Positions 41,296 through 53,814 of a DNA stretch of 64,000 nt are shown piece after piece. This DNA is from Lama glama. Taxonomy: Eukaryota. The notes under the pieces are model-generated. The model was given only the letters and a program-made list of their open reading frames with translations, was not told the origin of the DNA and did not search any database. Location of the stretch: contig CM052816.1 of assembly GCA_028534125.1 (NCBI GenBank), positions 93,498,001 through 93,562,000 on the forward strand, written 5' to 3'. The translations under genes were made by a program, and so were the position numbers. Position 1 is the first letter of the stretch, and every line of letters begins with the position of its first letter.

Positions 41296-42100
41296 TTGTT
41301 AAAATGGGACTACCTTATGAGATGGCTCTGCTTAAACTAATTATGTAAAGAAATGAGATTTCAGCTGCATGAGTTTTCCTTAATTACTCATATTTCTGCA
41401 GTTTTACTCTACCTAGTTTTCTTATTTTTCTCTTGTTTAATTAATATAGTAAGATTTTATATCTTTTTCTATTGCCAATACCTTACACTCTAGTCTAATA
41501 TTGACTTTGTATCGGGATAAATAATAACCTAGACTTGATGATGCATGTGATTGTTAAATTTCTGTGTGATAAATTATTTTAACTGTATTTTATTAAAATC
41601 ACTGAAATTCCATGTCTAGATAAGTATAACTGGTACCCTAGGGGTGGCCGTCATTTGAAACACCTTGGTCTGGAAGCTACATCTCAGGAATTAGCATCAG
41701 GAGTTGAAAAACCAGGATTATTAGTGAAATCTAACAATAAGAATTGTTGAAAATACTTTCTAACTAGAGAGTTGAGTGGTGCTCAAGTGGTGAGGGTGGC
41801 TAGAGGGATGGTGTGCGTACCTCACTCGCTTATGAGCAAACTGATAGGACCTGCAAGAGCCAATGAGCAGCTCTGCTTTGTAGTCTCTGGCTTCCTGAAG
41901 ACATTGCCATGTGGCCCCACTAGACGCTTGAATGATTCTGCCATCAGAATATTATTTCATGTGTCTTAGAATGAATCCTTGACTCATAGGAGATGCTGGT
42001 GTGTCTGAGATGAACAGTGCAGTTTTTGGCAATTTTTTTAAGAATAGATTGTATCACAGCTAGTTTCAAAGTCAGGTGGAAGAGTTGAACTACAGCAGGC

Positions 42101-42514
42101 TGTATCAATTGGTATAGCATTTTCCGGAGAAACAAAACCAATATAATGATGCACACACACACACACACATACACATACATACAAAGATTTTAAGGAATTG
42201 GTTCATGTGATGGTGAGAACTGGCAAGTGCAAAATTTGTACGGCAGGTCAGCAGGCTGGTAACTCAGGCAAGATTTCTATGTTAACAGTCTTGAATTCTT
42301 TTGCTAGCAAACCTCAGTTTTTGCTCTTAATATGTTTAACTGATTGAATGAGTCCCATCCACATTATCCAGAGTAATCTCCTTTACTTCAGGGCAATTAA
42401 TTTTAGCTATTAATCATGTCTACAAAGTATCTTCATGGCACCATCCGGACTGGTGTCTTACCGAACACTTGGGCCCCATAGCCTAGCCAAGCTGACACAA
42501 GATTAGCCATCACA
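42101..42514 (-). mobile_element. ERVL solo LTR (MLT2C/D-like) with (CA)n
   Basis: 'aaggaattggttcatgtgat...actggcaagt' and end 'gcctagccaagctgacaca...ccatcaca'. Confidence 0.9.
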
Positions 42515-44173
42515 TAGTCCTTCTCAAAATTAAGAGGGTTCATTCAAAAGGAATAACTGCATAGAGAGCGGAAGCTCCAAATCTGCTGCCCAAGAATATG
42601 GGTGGCCATCAAGAGGAAGCAGGAGGTGAGAAACACACCATGCATAACTGGGGATTTTTAACTGGAGCTATCACACAATTTTCTGTCAATGGCAGGACAC
42701 TTTTAACAGTGAAAGGACAGGTTGTTAATGATTCATGTCAGGATACAGGTTGAAACCGTGATGGTTTCAATTAAACTGTGATGCTTACATCCTAATAAAT
42801 GTCAGACTCTCCTTACTCCTCCTTGTCTAGTTAGTTACTTTACCACTTATCTGTAGACACAAATAAAGGGGAGAAAGGGACAGAAACCACCCTTTCAACA
42901 TTCCCACATTGGGAATTACCAGCAGAAATTTCCTTCTCTGTAGTTTAAAGAGAATTTTGGAGAAAAGGAGCAAAAAGTTCCACCAATACATTGAGACATA
43001 TAATCAGAGAATGCGTTAGTGAACAAGTGATTGGCAAAACCTATATTTCAAGTGTCCAAAAAGATTAGTCTTCCTTACAAGTCTAAAAGTTTACATTATT
43101 CCCAATAGGACTGGGAGTCATCAAAGGAAACATTTCTTTCTCACTTTATATTTTCTCAGTCTTCTAGCCCTGGCAGTGTTCCTCAGACTGCAGATGCCCT
43201 GCGGATCCTACCCCGAGCTGTGTTTGCACAGAGTCTCCAGATCACTAGCAGCAATATTGTTGCATCTTGGAAATCTGGTTTAATCATGCTCAGGTAATTA
43301 GATCCATTTATATTAATGGCAAAAGAAATTTGCATGGATAAAATGAGCAAAATTTAGTGCACCTGGTACTGATGCATCTGTATTTTTTACAAACAATAAT
43401 GGAAGTTCTTCTTCTGTCTGCTGTATTATTCTCATTCTTCTCCCCAAGTACATGTTAGGAATTAACTCTCCTCCTTGTGGTCTGTTGTATGTAAATAGTT
43501 CTTACCAATGATGTGTCCTTCCAGGACAACTATATAATTGCCAAGGCATGATTTATTCAGAACAAAAGGTGGCCATCGTTATGTAGTGGGAATTATTATT
43601 TGGTGAAACTGTCTCTTGAATAAACTTGAAAAGCACATAATGCACCCACTGAGCATATAGCACTGGTGGAAGGGTCTGGAGAGCAGGTTGTTATTAGGTA
43701 TGCTTACCAGTCTTTGAAAAGGCACTAAAAGAAGGGAACCTAACCGACTGGTTTGCAAGCAGTAACATAGGAAGTAAAGAGTGTAGATATTCAGCTGCTT
43801 GTAGTTTGGGGGAAAAATAAGTATTTTTTAACCTCAAATAGTAAAATACAAATAAAGAAATACCTTGAGCAAGAAAATCAGATTAAACCCTGGCTAAATG
43901 CAAGAATCAAAGAGACTGCTTTCAAATCCACTGCTCAACTTTGAATGGCTTAGGTCCGTCAGGCATTTTTGTTGGAAAAAATGACTTAGGGGAAGGAGAT
44001 TGGAGTGTGACTTTCTCCTAGAAAAATGATTGGCTCCAGGTGGCAGCAATCATATCCAGAAAAGGAGAGCAAAGTTCCTGGGAAAAGCTATGGGGGTCGC
44101 TGTTGGACATGCTATGGACTAGAATAGAATAGATGAGACCCTAAGGATTTGAGAAAGCTGTACTGGGAAAGTA

Positions 44174-44253
<80 letters not shown>
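44174..44253. repeat. Perfect (AAT)n microsatellite, ~26 units
   Basis: Directly visible; explains the poly-Leu ORF at 44119-44379. Confidence 0.98.
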
Positions 44254-44255
<2 letters not shown>

Positions 44256-44367
44256 TAGAATAAGGCCCTAGTTTAAGTTCTACTGTTTTGAATATTGAAC
44301 AACCTTGAACTCTCACATTTATATGGGAGGAAAATAATCTAAGAAGGTGTTCAATTCCAAAAGAGAG

Positions 44368-44832
44368 GGTGGTGGCCATGAGGATGTGCTGCTCGGATCA
44401 TCAGCATCACAGGGATCATGACCGGGGGCTCCCGTGGCCCCTCTGAAACCATCGCCATGTGTGTGCCAGGGCTGCGCTTCCCACAGGGGGCTCGCAGGTA
44501 GTAAGTGAACATGCGCAAGCTCATTCCTGGGAGACGCAGGACCCCTCTGATGAGTGACTTTGGCTCAAGGACTCACTAATACACTTGCCAACGTTTCCTT
44601 AGAATTGTCCTGCATTTTAACATGCTTCAGCTGTCCCTTCCTTCCATCTTTCCTCACTTCCTTCCCTCTCTCCTCTCCTTGGGGTCAGACCTGCATTATG
44701 ATCTGAAGGTTCCTCAGCCTCCCCCGGCACCTTCTCCTAACACCTTCTCCCACAGGCATGCGTCCTAATAAATCTCTTGCTTATTTAATACCCTCTTGGC
44801 ATCTGCTTCTCACCAGGACTCAGACTGTCACA
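44368..44832 (+). mobile_element. ERVL solo LTR (LTR16-group)
   Basis: 'ggccatgaggatgtgctgctcggatc...gactttggctcaaggactc...gtcagacctgcat...AATAAAtctcttgc...gcatctgcttctc...caca'. Confidence 0.8.
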
Positions 44833-45206
44833 TAAAGAGTGTTCTCCAATCTTCTTCAGCAGTGGCCTAAGAGGATAATGGAAAATGAAGGACTTTACAG
44901 AGGCTGGAAACAAAGGATCAGAGAAAACAATGAGCTGGGGGACCCCCCCCCCCCATCTCCCAGGAAAGAAGCAAAACCAGAACAGATTCATGAATATTTC
45001 CTTCCCTTAAAAATTTCTGCCCATCCTCAGAAACTTGACTGCTTTGTATCTCAGATTCTTTCCACTTTCTAAGTAGGAATGTATATTGCAGATACCCTGT
45101 CTTTGACCCACAATTTTTAATAGAGTGGGTTGTTGATAAATAGCTTGTCTTTTGAGTATATAGTTCTCTGGGTCAAGAGGAGCTGGTTCCAATCTGAAAT
45201 AGACAC

Positions 45207-45779
45207 TGCAACAGTCAGGATTTGAGTCAGGAGACAGCACACTGGCTACTTTAACAGAGAATTAAATACAAAGTATTGTTACGCGAAAAGGCAGAAAGGG
45301 AACACTAGCCATATCACAGAGGGAGTGTGTGATGGAAGCAGCTGCCGCTCTGGGGAACTGGAAATTGACAGGAAAAGTTAGAACTATTGCAGCACTGGAT
45401 TCTGAGCTGGGATCCAGCCCTCTGACTGCTGAAATTAGAACAGGAGCTCTCTAGAGAAGGAAAGCAGACCTGGATGGAGTGGCACTTACCTCTAGTTAGC
45501 TGATTCTTCTGTCTCCGAGGGGGGAAAAGTGAGGATCTTTGGAGAGTGTTGAAAAATTACAAGCTATTATCAGCCACTGTGACTGAAATAACTGCATCAT
45601 GTTTTGTTTCTTTTCCTTCTTCTAGTCTTCCAATCGTATTCCCAAACCCTCCACTGCAAAGCCTAACCAGGAGTCAGCTGGTAAAAGAGAATCTACGGTT
45701 TGCAGGATCTCCGTGTTTTACGGTGGAACATAGAAAGGTGGGATTCAAGCTAAGAGATAGTAGCTTAGTGAGGGGCACT
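45207..45779 (-). mobile_element. ERVL solo LTR (LTR41-like)
   Basis: Reverse complement begins gtgcc..taagctactatctcttagct..cccacctttctat...ccagctgactcctggttaggct. Confidence 0.65.
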
Positions 45780-46466
45780 GCCACGAAACAGATCTTACAT
45801 CACTCAGAGACCCAAGCCTTTGAGACTCAGGGTGTGGCTGAGTGGACGCCTTTTAAGTTATCTCACTCATGGAGGCTGTAAGTGTATTTTGCTGGTGAAA
45901 TGGAGAGTAAAACAAAGTATTTGGTGATCAGAGGGGTAGGTGGTGCTGGCCTTTAGGGTTATTTACATTTCATTTCATTCTCTGACTTCCTGTGGTTGAA
46001 ATGGATTTGTGGCTCCACAAATGAGATGAGAGTGGGAATGCGGTCTATCATTTCTTGGTTCTGCATTTTAATTTTGACCCAAGGCTCTCAAGAGCTCCCT
46101 CTTCCCCTCTGTACTCGGAATGACCACCACAGTTGAAGATAGTGGCTGCCTCGTTAACCTGAACCCTGAGGGACTAAAATGAGCAGTGACCATACAGCTG
46201 TGAAGCATGAAGAAGAAAGGAACCATGGTTGTGCTTAAGTCACTGAAATTTGTGGGTTGTTATAACCACAACATACTAGCCCATTCCGATTGATATCTCA
46301 TATTTATTTCAAAACAGCATCTTACTGATGTAACTTTGCCCTAATAATATTGCAGATTGACTAAATCTTCTGAAGTTTATTTTGAAAAAAGTTTATTTTG
46401 ATCCCACTTCTTTTTCAAAGAGGATTTGAGATAGCTTACAAGGATGCAATGTAAAAAATGCTAAAT

Positions 46467-46643
46467 GATTCCGTTTTTTGCATTCAGTTTGCTAGCATTT
46501 TGCTGAGGATTTTTGCATCTATATTCATCAAGATATGGGCCTGTGATTCTCTTTTTCTTGTAGGATATTTGGGTCACCATGATGCACACTTGAAACTAAT
46601 GCAATATTGTAAATCAACTATACTTTAATAAATTAAAAAAAGA
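46467..46643 (+). mobile_element. Short L1 insertion with 5' inversion and 14 bp TSD
   Basis: TSD aaaaaatgctaaat at 46453-46466 and 46644-46657; antisense ORF2 piece fused to sense L1 3' end plus A tail. Confidence 0.9.
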
Positions 46644-46660
46644 AAAAAATGCTAAATTAT

Positions 46661-47068
46661 TGTTGGAGGAGGGTATCGAGAGGATGTGAATGCTGGCTGA
46701 CCTGTGGGCTGGATCTGAGCATTTGGAGGTTCCTCACCCTCTCCCTGGTGCTTGGAGTGTGGCATTTTGCCCATCATTCCCACAGCCAAAGCTGTTCCAA
46801 GGATGTAGCCTTGAAAGAGTAAGGATGTTGTTGAGACTGTTGGATGGTACATGTGACTGAACCCAGTCTAAGACCACTATACCTATAAACTTTTAGAGAC
46901 TTCGGAGGTTGGATGGAGAGATCTACTCTTCTTTGGCCACCCAAGACAGGCCTAGTATGTAAGTTTCTGTGCTTGTCAAACCTGTCACTTACCAACTTGG
47001 AGTGTTCTGCCTCTTTCTTTGGTCTTTCCTTGCCCTCCATGTTTCAGATTGCACCCAGGAAACTCTCA
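46661..47068 (+). mobile_element. Probable ERV solo LTR, family unassigned
   Basis: TG...CA termini, TATAAA near 46884, LTR-like length and composition. Confidence 0.55.
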
Positions 47069-47734
47069 AGTTTCCAAACCAAAAACAAAGTGATGCTTTT
47101 TTACATGGACAAAATTGATTTGAATTACAGAGCTGTATAAAGTCAGAAGTCATCCCACTTTGAATTTTTTTTAAAAAAAATTTTTTTACTTGGCCAAAAA
47201 GACATATTTTAAATAAAAACTTAAAGAAATATGAATGCATTTAGTATTTATATTCAGAGTCCAAATAAAGTGTAACTGTTAGTGTAGTTGTTAATGTGGT
47301 CTTCAAACCTTGTCAAAATCCAAAAAATTTCACACTGTTAAGCATAAACTGAATAATTCATTGATGAAAATAAAATAATTCTCTCTTAAAAAATTTAAAG
47401 TACATGCATTTGAAAGGAATGACTATGGCTGTAATTCCAAACCATGTCTTTAAAACAGTGGAGAGAAGAAAATAAAAGCTTTATTGTACATGATCTGACA
47501 AGCTACCAAGTGGTTGTCTGAGTCTTTATTTTCATGAAGTTATGCTGGGTATTTTTTTTTTTACAGTACATATTGTTGTAACCTTTTAAAAAGCCAGATT
47601 TTATTAGCATTAAAATAAATTTGTAGACCTAATTTTTTTTTTACGTTGCTTTGTATTTCTCAAGTCTCATAATTAATTTGAATTGGTGCAGAGGTCAGGT
47701 AATAGTGAAAATTAAGTTTGTTTCTTATTTATGC

Positions 47735-47875
47735 TTTTTTTCAATTTTATTGAGATATAATTAACATATGACATTGTGTGAATTTAAGGTGTGCAACATG
47801 CTGATTTGATACACTTATACATGCAAATGGTCACCACCATAGGGTTAGCTATCACCTCCATCCTGTCACATAATT
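47735..47875 (-). mobile_element. Short L1MA-type 3' end
   Basis: 'ttttattgagatataattaacatatgacattgtgtgaatttaaggtgtgcaacatgctgatttgatacac'. Confidence 0.85.
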
Positions 47876-50679
47876 GTTTCTTTAAATTCATGTTTAAATT
47901 TCTGTTTCTGTGTACCCAGCCTCCATGTTGGTAAAATTAAATAATTGTAAATTTTATTCCCCCTTAAGTTCTGCCTGATTGCATGCCCCAGGTGTGAAGG
48001 TTCAAATGTGGTTCTATTTAAATATCAGGGTTTACAGAACAAACTCAGCACTCCAAGCGCATCTCCTTTACTCCAGTCTCAAATTCTCCAGTGCACCTTG
48101 GATCACATCTAGCAAAAGCTGAGAAGCCAGCCTCGATCAGCTAGAAGCAGGGATCTGACTGACTGTTTCTTTTTGCTTTTCAGAAGAATGTGCAGTAATT
48201 ATCTTGCCTAAGTTCAGGTCAGGTAAAGAGAATGCTCTAGGGAATTAAGTGACAGGTCATCCTCAGTCCTGGTGTGTTACGCTATGAAGTGGGGGAACTA
48301 TTTCCAGGGAGATTATCAGTAAAATGGTGACAAGAAAAATTTTCTCGCTAGTGCTCGACCTCCACTAGTTTCATGATTCCCAGTTTAAACAATACTGAGC
48401 TAGATTTAGTGAAGGTAAACTATTGATGGCAATTAGATGGAGGGCAGTTTGTGGCAAGAGACAGTATGTTGAAGGCTAGGGTTCATTTGCTAAAGATATT
48501 ATTTTAAGTTTTGTAGAGGTCTGTTAGATCTTCTAAAAATGGAATAAATTAATGTTTTTTTCTTTTCCAGAACACAAGAAAGAGATTATTCTCCCCATTT
48601 CATATATGAGTTTCTCAAACCCACAGGATTTATAAGTGGAAAACAAGAAAATGGCCTCAGTCTCCTAACAGAGTCCACTGCCTGTCCCATTATACTTTGC
48701 TCATTAGTTTCTAAATATCACCCCTTTATTAGAGGCACAGTATATTTTGGCCATGTGGATGTAATCAATCGCTGTAATATAAGAATGCCACTATTAGTTA
48801 ATCTTATGTACACACCAACAGTTCACACAATGGTACAGACTATCTCTGCACTTGTTTCAATCAGTCATTTTCCATCTTGATACCCGCTCTGTTTTTTTGG
48901 TGAGAGTTCTGTCTCCTCATATGGGATTTGCTAGAAATTGCTCCCCCTCTCTGCCGTACCTTCAGCAACCTGTTTAGGCTTGCTCCCTGTGCATAAGCAT
49001 GCAAGCCTGTGCTCTCTCTGACTCCTCTGGGGAGGCTGGGACCAGGGGCTCTTTATCTCCTTCAGACTTTCAGCCATTCATATTTTTCCACTGTGGCGCA
49101 GAGGCAATGAATGTGCTATCCACTCCAGGAGCGCAAAGCTGATGTGCTGTTAAGCTACCAAAGAGATTCTCCTTTTCACTCTATCATCATCAAAGGCCTT
49201 TTTCCTATAAACAATGAAAGGGAAAGAAAATCTTGCCCTCCTATAATCACTTCCAATTTTTGCCTTATATCCTGTTCCTACACCCCCACCCCCTGGCCCC
49301 TCCAAAAAAGACTTACAGGTGTTCAGAACTTGTAGCACATAGAGCTAAATAAAAGTCGTGTTGAATGCTACGGCTTCATACTCACATGCCTCTGATGGCA
49401 AGGGAATACATCAGAGAGGAGATAAGATAGGTGAATAGAAAAATCTAACACACCGAAGCTTCCCCATATATCTAAAAGCCCCAGAGGTAACGAATTAGCA
49501 GCCTCATCTGCACGGAGAAAGGAAAGCTCATGCATTATAATATCTAATCTTCCTGCCAATGTGTTTTAAGCAGGAAGAAGCATTGTGGGTAATCACCTTC
49601 TGGCTGCATAATACATATCAATCACTAAAAGGGCCCTAAAAGAGATGGAGTAGCAGCAAAATCAGAATAAAGGCCCAGGACTTTGTCCAACAATCTGAAT
49701 ATGAGGTCTGTGAACAATGCAAAGGACTGTAGGCAAAGTCTGCCGAGAAGTGGAGTGCAATCTGAGCACTAACAGCATTAGCATTTCAGTAACAAACGAT
49801 ATGCAGAGAAGGCTGGTTTCAAAAGAGACCTTTAAGGGCTTCAGAGAACTCGTACTGTGAACCCCACTGGTATGATCTTCCTTTCAAATGCCATCCTAGC
49901 CTTTGATTGCCAACTTTGCTTTGACTCTGAGCTGTATCAAGTCTATAAAAACATAAAGGTTAGCCTTCCATTGGAGGAGTGTGTAAAGGAAGCGCAGGAG
50001 CAAAGCTGAAATCATAAAAGAAAAGCTCTCCGATATGTCATGGGTTTGCTGCAACTCGAAGGCACAAAATTAATCGGAGCCCTTTCCCCCTTCTCCTCCT
50101 AAAAGGCTGCAACAAATGCAGACAAAGGAGAGACGGCCCTTCACTTCCCCTAGTGCTTGCCCTTTATTAGAGCCACAGTCAGAGATCTTCAAATGCCAGA
50201 CCGAAGGTTAAGGAGGCCTCTAGTTAAAATGCAAAGTAGCTCTTACCCAGGAGGTATCATAGTGAAGAGATGGAGACCAAGCCATGAAGAAGTTCATCTT
50301 AACAATATTTCAACAGAAGGTAAGAGAGAATCCTTGATTTTCCTCTTTATAATAGGCAGTAGTAGAATTTAATCGGAGCATTCTAAATCATATTCCTTAA
50401 TTTTTAAGAATTATGATGACCTTTGAAGAGTCTACAGCATGAGGCGAGGTCTGGTGATGGCAGCTTGATGGAAGTATCGCACCTTCCACTCCGGTAAAGG
50501 ACAGATGAAAAATAAGAACAACAGGAATCAAAATGGTCTTAAGCCAACTTACCATTTATTAGTAGTCTGTGTATTTCTTGTTAACCTGAATTAAGCCAAA
50601 TAATAGATGAATTTAATTTTAAGAAACGTTAAAAGATCCCTTTGAGTAATAACGACTAGAGCTTGGAATTATACAGTGA

Positions 50680-50870
50680 TAATATCTTGTATTTACTTTG
50701 CATTGGTTGTATGGGTTTTACTTATCTGAATTCCCTTCATCTATATAAGCATCCTACGAGGCTGGTCACATTGTTACCCTCCTTTATAGATAAGAAGATT
50801 GAAACAGAGGAATTGCCCAAAGTGGCAGAGGCAGGATATGAATCCAGGTAGATGTCCATTGGATGTTCAG
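50680..50870 (-). mobile_element. MIR SINE
   Basis: 'ttttatagataagaagattgaaacagag...ttgcccaa...agtggcagaggcaggatatgaatccagg'. Confidence 0.75.
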
Positions 50871-51243
50871 TTCCTTTCCTTTCTGAAGAACTTCATGAGG
50901 TAAGCATTTCGACAGTTTGTAGATTCCACCTCCAAAGTTTCTGAATATAAATAATAAGCTGAAAAAAAGTTGTCTTCAAATTTATAGTTAAACATGGATA
51001 CAATGATTTATATTTTGTTAGATTACTTTATTTTATTTGTAAAACAAAAATCGGCGCACTTTGAAAAATAGGGAACAGAAAATTTCTGTTTCAGAAGTTT
51101 TGACGTGCTTGCTAAGACCCATATAAGTAGCGAATGTCCTTTGTGGTTAGTTACGCCATCAAGTGTATGTAGTGCTTGTAAAAACCTCGCCTTTATTTGC
51201 TGTACACAGATATTAGCAATGAGTCAAACAGGATAGAAAGAGT

Positions 51244-51345
51244 CATCAGAATCACCTGGGATACTGACTAAATTTCAGATTTCCTGGCCTCCACCTCCGA
51301 ACTCTTGGGTGGTGGTGGGCTGAAATATTAATTTTTAATGAATAC
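51244..51345. mobile_element. MER5-like fragment
   Basis: 'catcagaatcacctggga...cagatttcctggcctccacc'. Confidence 0.65.
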
Positions 51346-52424
51346 CGTACCACTTTAATAAACAACAATGAAGCTCATATGAATACAAAAATAAAATATC
51401 CTCCCTAAATCTACCCTGGGACTCTCTCCCTTTGAGACGGTGGACAGAGGACACAGGGCTGAGTCCCACTGAAGCCTGCCAGTCTGGGATGTGGCTCATG
51501 GCTGGGAACCGGCCCAGAGAAGGGCAGACACTTGCCGGGCTTCACAGACAGGCAATAGAAGAGTGAGGGCTAGAAACGGTGACGAAAAATAAAATGAATG
51601 TGGGCAACATTATAAAAATTGTAAATCACGGAGGAAATGTAAATGTTGTCATTACAGCTGCTATTGTGATAGTAGGTGACAATTTAGTAGAGAGAGGACA
51701 TTTCCTCATGGGCACAGACGCATCAGAAGTTTGTGTTTCCTCTTTGTGTGGCTCATTTCGTCCACAGTTTTTGAGTCATAAAAAGGGAGAGCAGTCTTTA
51801 CGCTAATGGCAGTAGTAAGGGGGAAAACACCTGTTCTACACCTGGGGCTGGTTCCAGGATTTCCACCAGACCTGACTGCTGCCAGTCTTACAGCGACCCA
51901 GTCTTCCCACCCTGCTCAGAGAGTTCCTCCAAGCTGGTCTCTGCTCTGTCAAGTCTGCTGAGTAGTGCAGGGAGGTGGGGACATGGCGGACACATGGGAA
52001 GCGTGTTTTATTGACTGAAAAGAGGAGCAGGGTAATCACGGATCTGAGCAGGAAGCAAACAGATGGAGAGTTGGTCGAGCGATCAGCTATGTGAGTTCAA
52101 AACTCGAAGTCCCGGTGTCTTCCTGCCATCACTGCCTGGTATGTGGGTCCTGCTGTTCCTGACGCTGGTCTCTCACTTTTCCCTAGGCCCCTGTTCATGT
52201 GGACTCCCATTTCTTGATGCTCCTGGACACCATCTCTGTTTCTGGCAATCAGAAGAACCTATAGTCTTAGTTGTCCAAAATGGGAATGATTATTTTGAAG
52301 ACGTGAATCTTGGATTAGTGGAGAGAGATGCATGTCTGGTCCTCATGTTCAGAGCTGGGGGGAGAAAAGACATACAAAGTAGACTGAGTGAGTTAAGGAA
52401 CCGATATATTTCCCTCCTCGTATT

Positions 52425-52829
52425 AAGTTCATTTGCCACATGACTTTACTTTTCCTCTCACTAAAGGGGTGGAGACCATTCCCCCATCTCTTGAAGCTGA
52501 GCTGCCCTATAAATTGTTCTACAGTAGCATATGATTGAAGGATTGTAAACTTCCAAGTCAGGGCCTCAAGAATCCTCATGCACTGCTTCCCGCTGCCATG
52601 AGAAGTTGCCACGATTGGCTTGCCAAGGATGGGAGACCATGTGGGGCAGAGCTGAATCACCCAACAGCCAGCCAGCCATCATGTGTGCAAACCCAGCCAA
52701 GATCAGCAGAGCCATGTGATCTCGTCACAGCTGACACCATATACATAAGCAATAAACAATTATTTTTCAAGCTAGTGACATTTTGTGTTGTTGGTTGTCT
52801 ATTTTTATTGTGGTAACAGGTAACAGATA
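52425..52829 (+). mobile_element. MaLR solo LTR (MLT1G/H-like)
   Basis: 'ggggtggag...ggcctcaaga...cccagccaagatcagcagagcc...AATAAA...gtggtaacaggtaacagata'. Confidence 0.75.
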
Positions 52830-53237
52830 AATCATAAGCTAGATGGAGATTACAGTAAGGACAGCAGCGAAAATATTTGCCTTTTTGGGGTCAAGTAGAG
52901 GAAGGACTTGATACTTAAAAATTAATTGCATCACTCCTCCTGTATGAGTATACACAATTAGCTAGTTTCACATCAGTGAAAGTAGGTTACATTGAACTTC
53001 AATTTAGTATTCCTAGAGCTTCAGAGCTTAAAGTCTTTCTTACCAGAGATTGCATATTATCCCTTAATTATATCTTCTGGGATTTATCCCTTGCCCAGGT
53101 TCTCACTTCAGTATCAATAAAACATTTTTACTAGAAACTTTTTATGTATTTTCTTAGTCACTGGAAAAGAACGGCTTGGTTTCCATTTCTCCACTTTCCT
53201 TTAAGTTCCCTACTCCCATTTTTTTTTTTTCATATGC

Positions 53238-53637
53238 TGTATCAGTCAGAATCCCTGCAGGAGGAAGATGACACACACAAATGAGAATGCTTTGAAGAAG
53301 ATTTACTGAACAGACCATCTACACAGGTTTGGTAATGTACAGGCTTTAATACTAGAAATTCTGGGACTGCTGCTCCTCTAGGCTGGAGGCGTGAGAGGTT
53401 TGTTCCCTGAAACCTGAAAGGACACACACCTTTGCCGACGCTGTAGGTAGGAAGCTGTGAGGATAAAAACCCCAAACTCACTCCCCTTCTCCAGGTTCCT
53501 TTCTGGACTCTCTAGTAACCAAAGCCAACGTGTGGACAAAGAAGTCCATTGAGGCAGTTGATAGAGGGACGCTTCAGAAAATAAGGTGGGAGGGGATGGA
53601 CGTTAGTCTGGAAGGGCCAGTGTGAGCCTCACAGCAC
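53238..53637 (-). mobile_element. ERVL solo LTR (LTR33-like)
   Basis: 'tgtatcagtcagaatccctgcaggaggaagatgacacacacaaa' ... 'tctggaagggcca...cagcac'. Confidence 0.65.
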
Positions 53638-53814
53638 TCAGGCCTCACGTGTTTTACCAATAAGCTTTTCTAAATAGCGAAGCAGGGGTCCTGGAAACCG
53701 TGGACACCATCTGCAGTACATTGACCTACTAGGTTCTGAATCATCCCTGTCTAGATGTGAGATTATTAATATTATGTACTGAATTCATATTATGCTTTCT
53801 GTTGTCAAAACACT

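Larger units (their letters stand above)
43400..46295 (+). mobile_element. Decayed MaLR provirus (MLT1H/I-like): partial 5' LTR, internal remnants, 3' LTR ~45940-46295
   Basis: Internal 3' end 'agtgtattttgc...tatttggtgatcagaggggtagg' precedes the LTR; LTR end 'ttaagtcactgaaatttgtgggttgtt...cattccgattgatat'. Confidence 0.55.

Noticed and set aside
44119..44379. Poly-leucine 'membrane protein' ORF
   Set aside because: Translation of the (AAT)n microsatellite.
45630..45670. CTCF site expected in the LTR41-like LTR
   Set aside because: The motif position reads gcagtggagggtttggg on the minus strand; the GGCGC core is lost.
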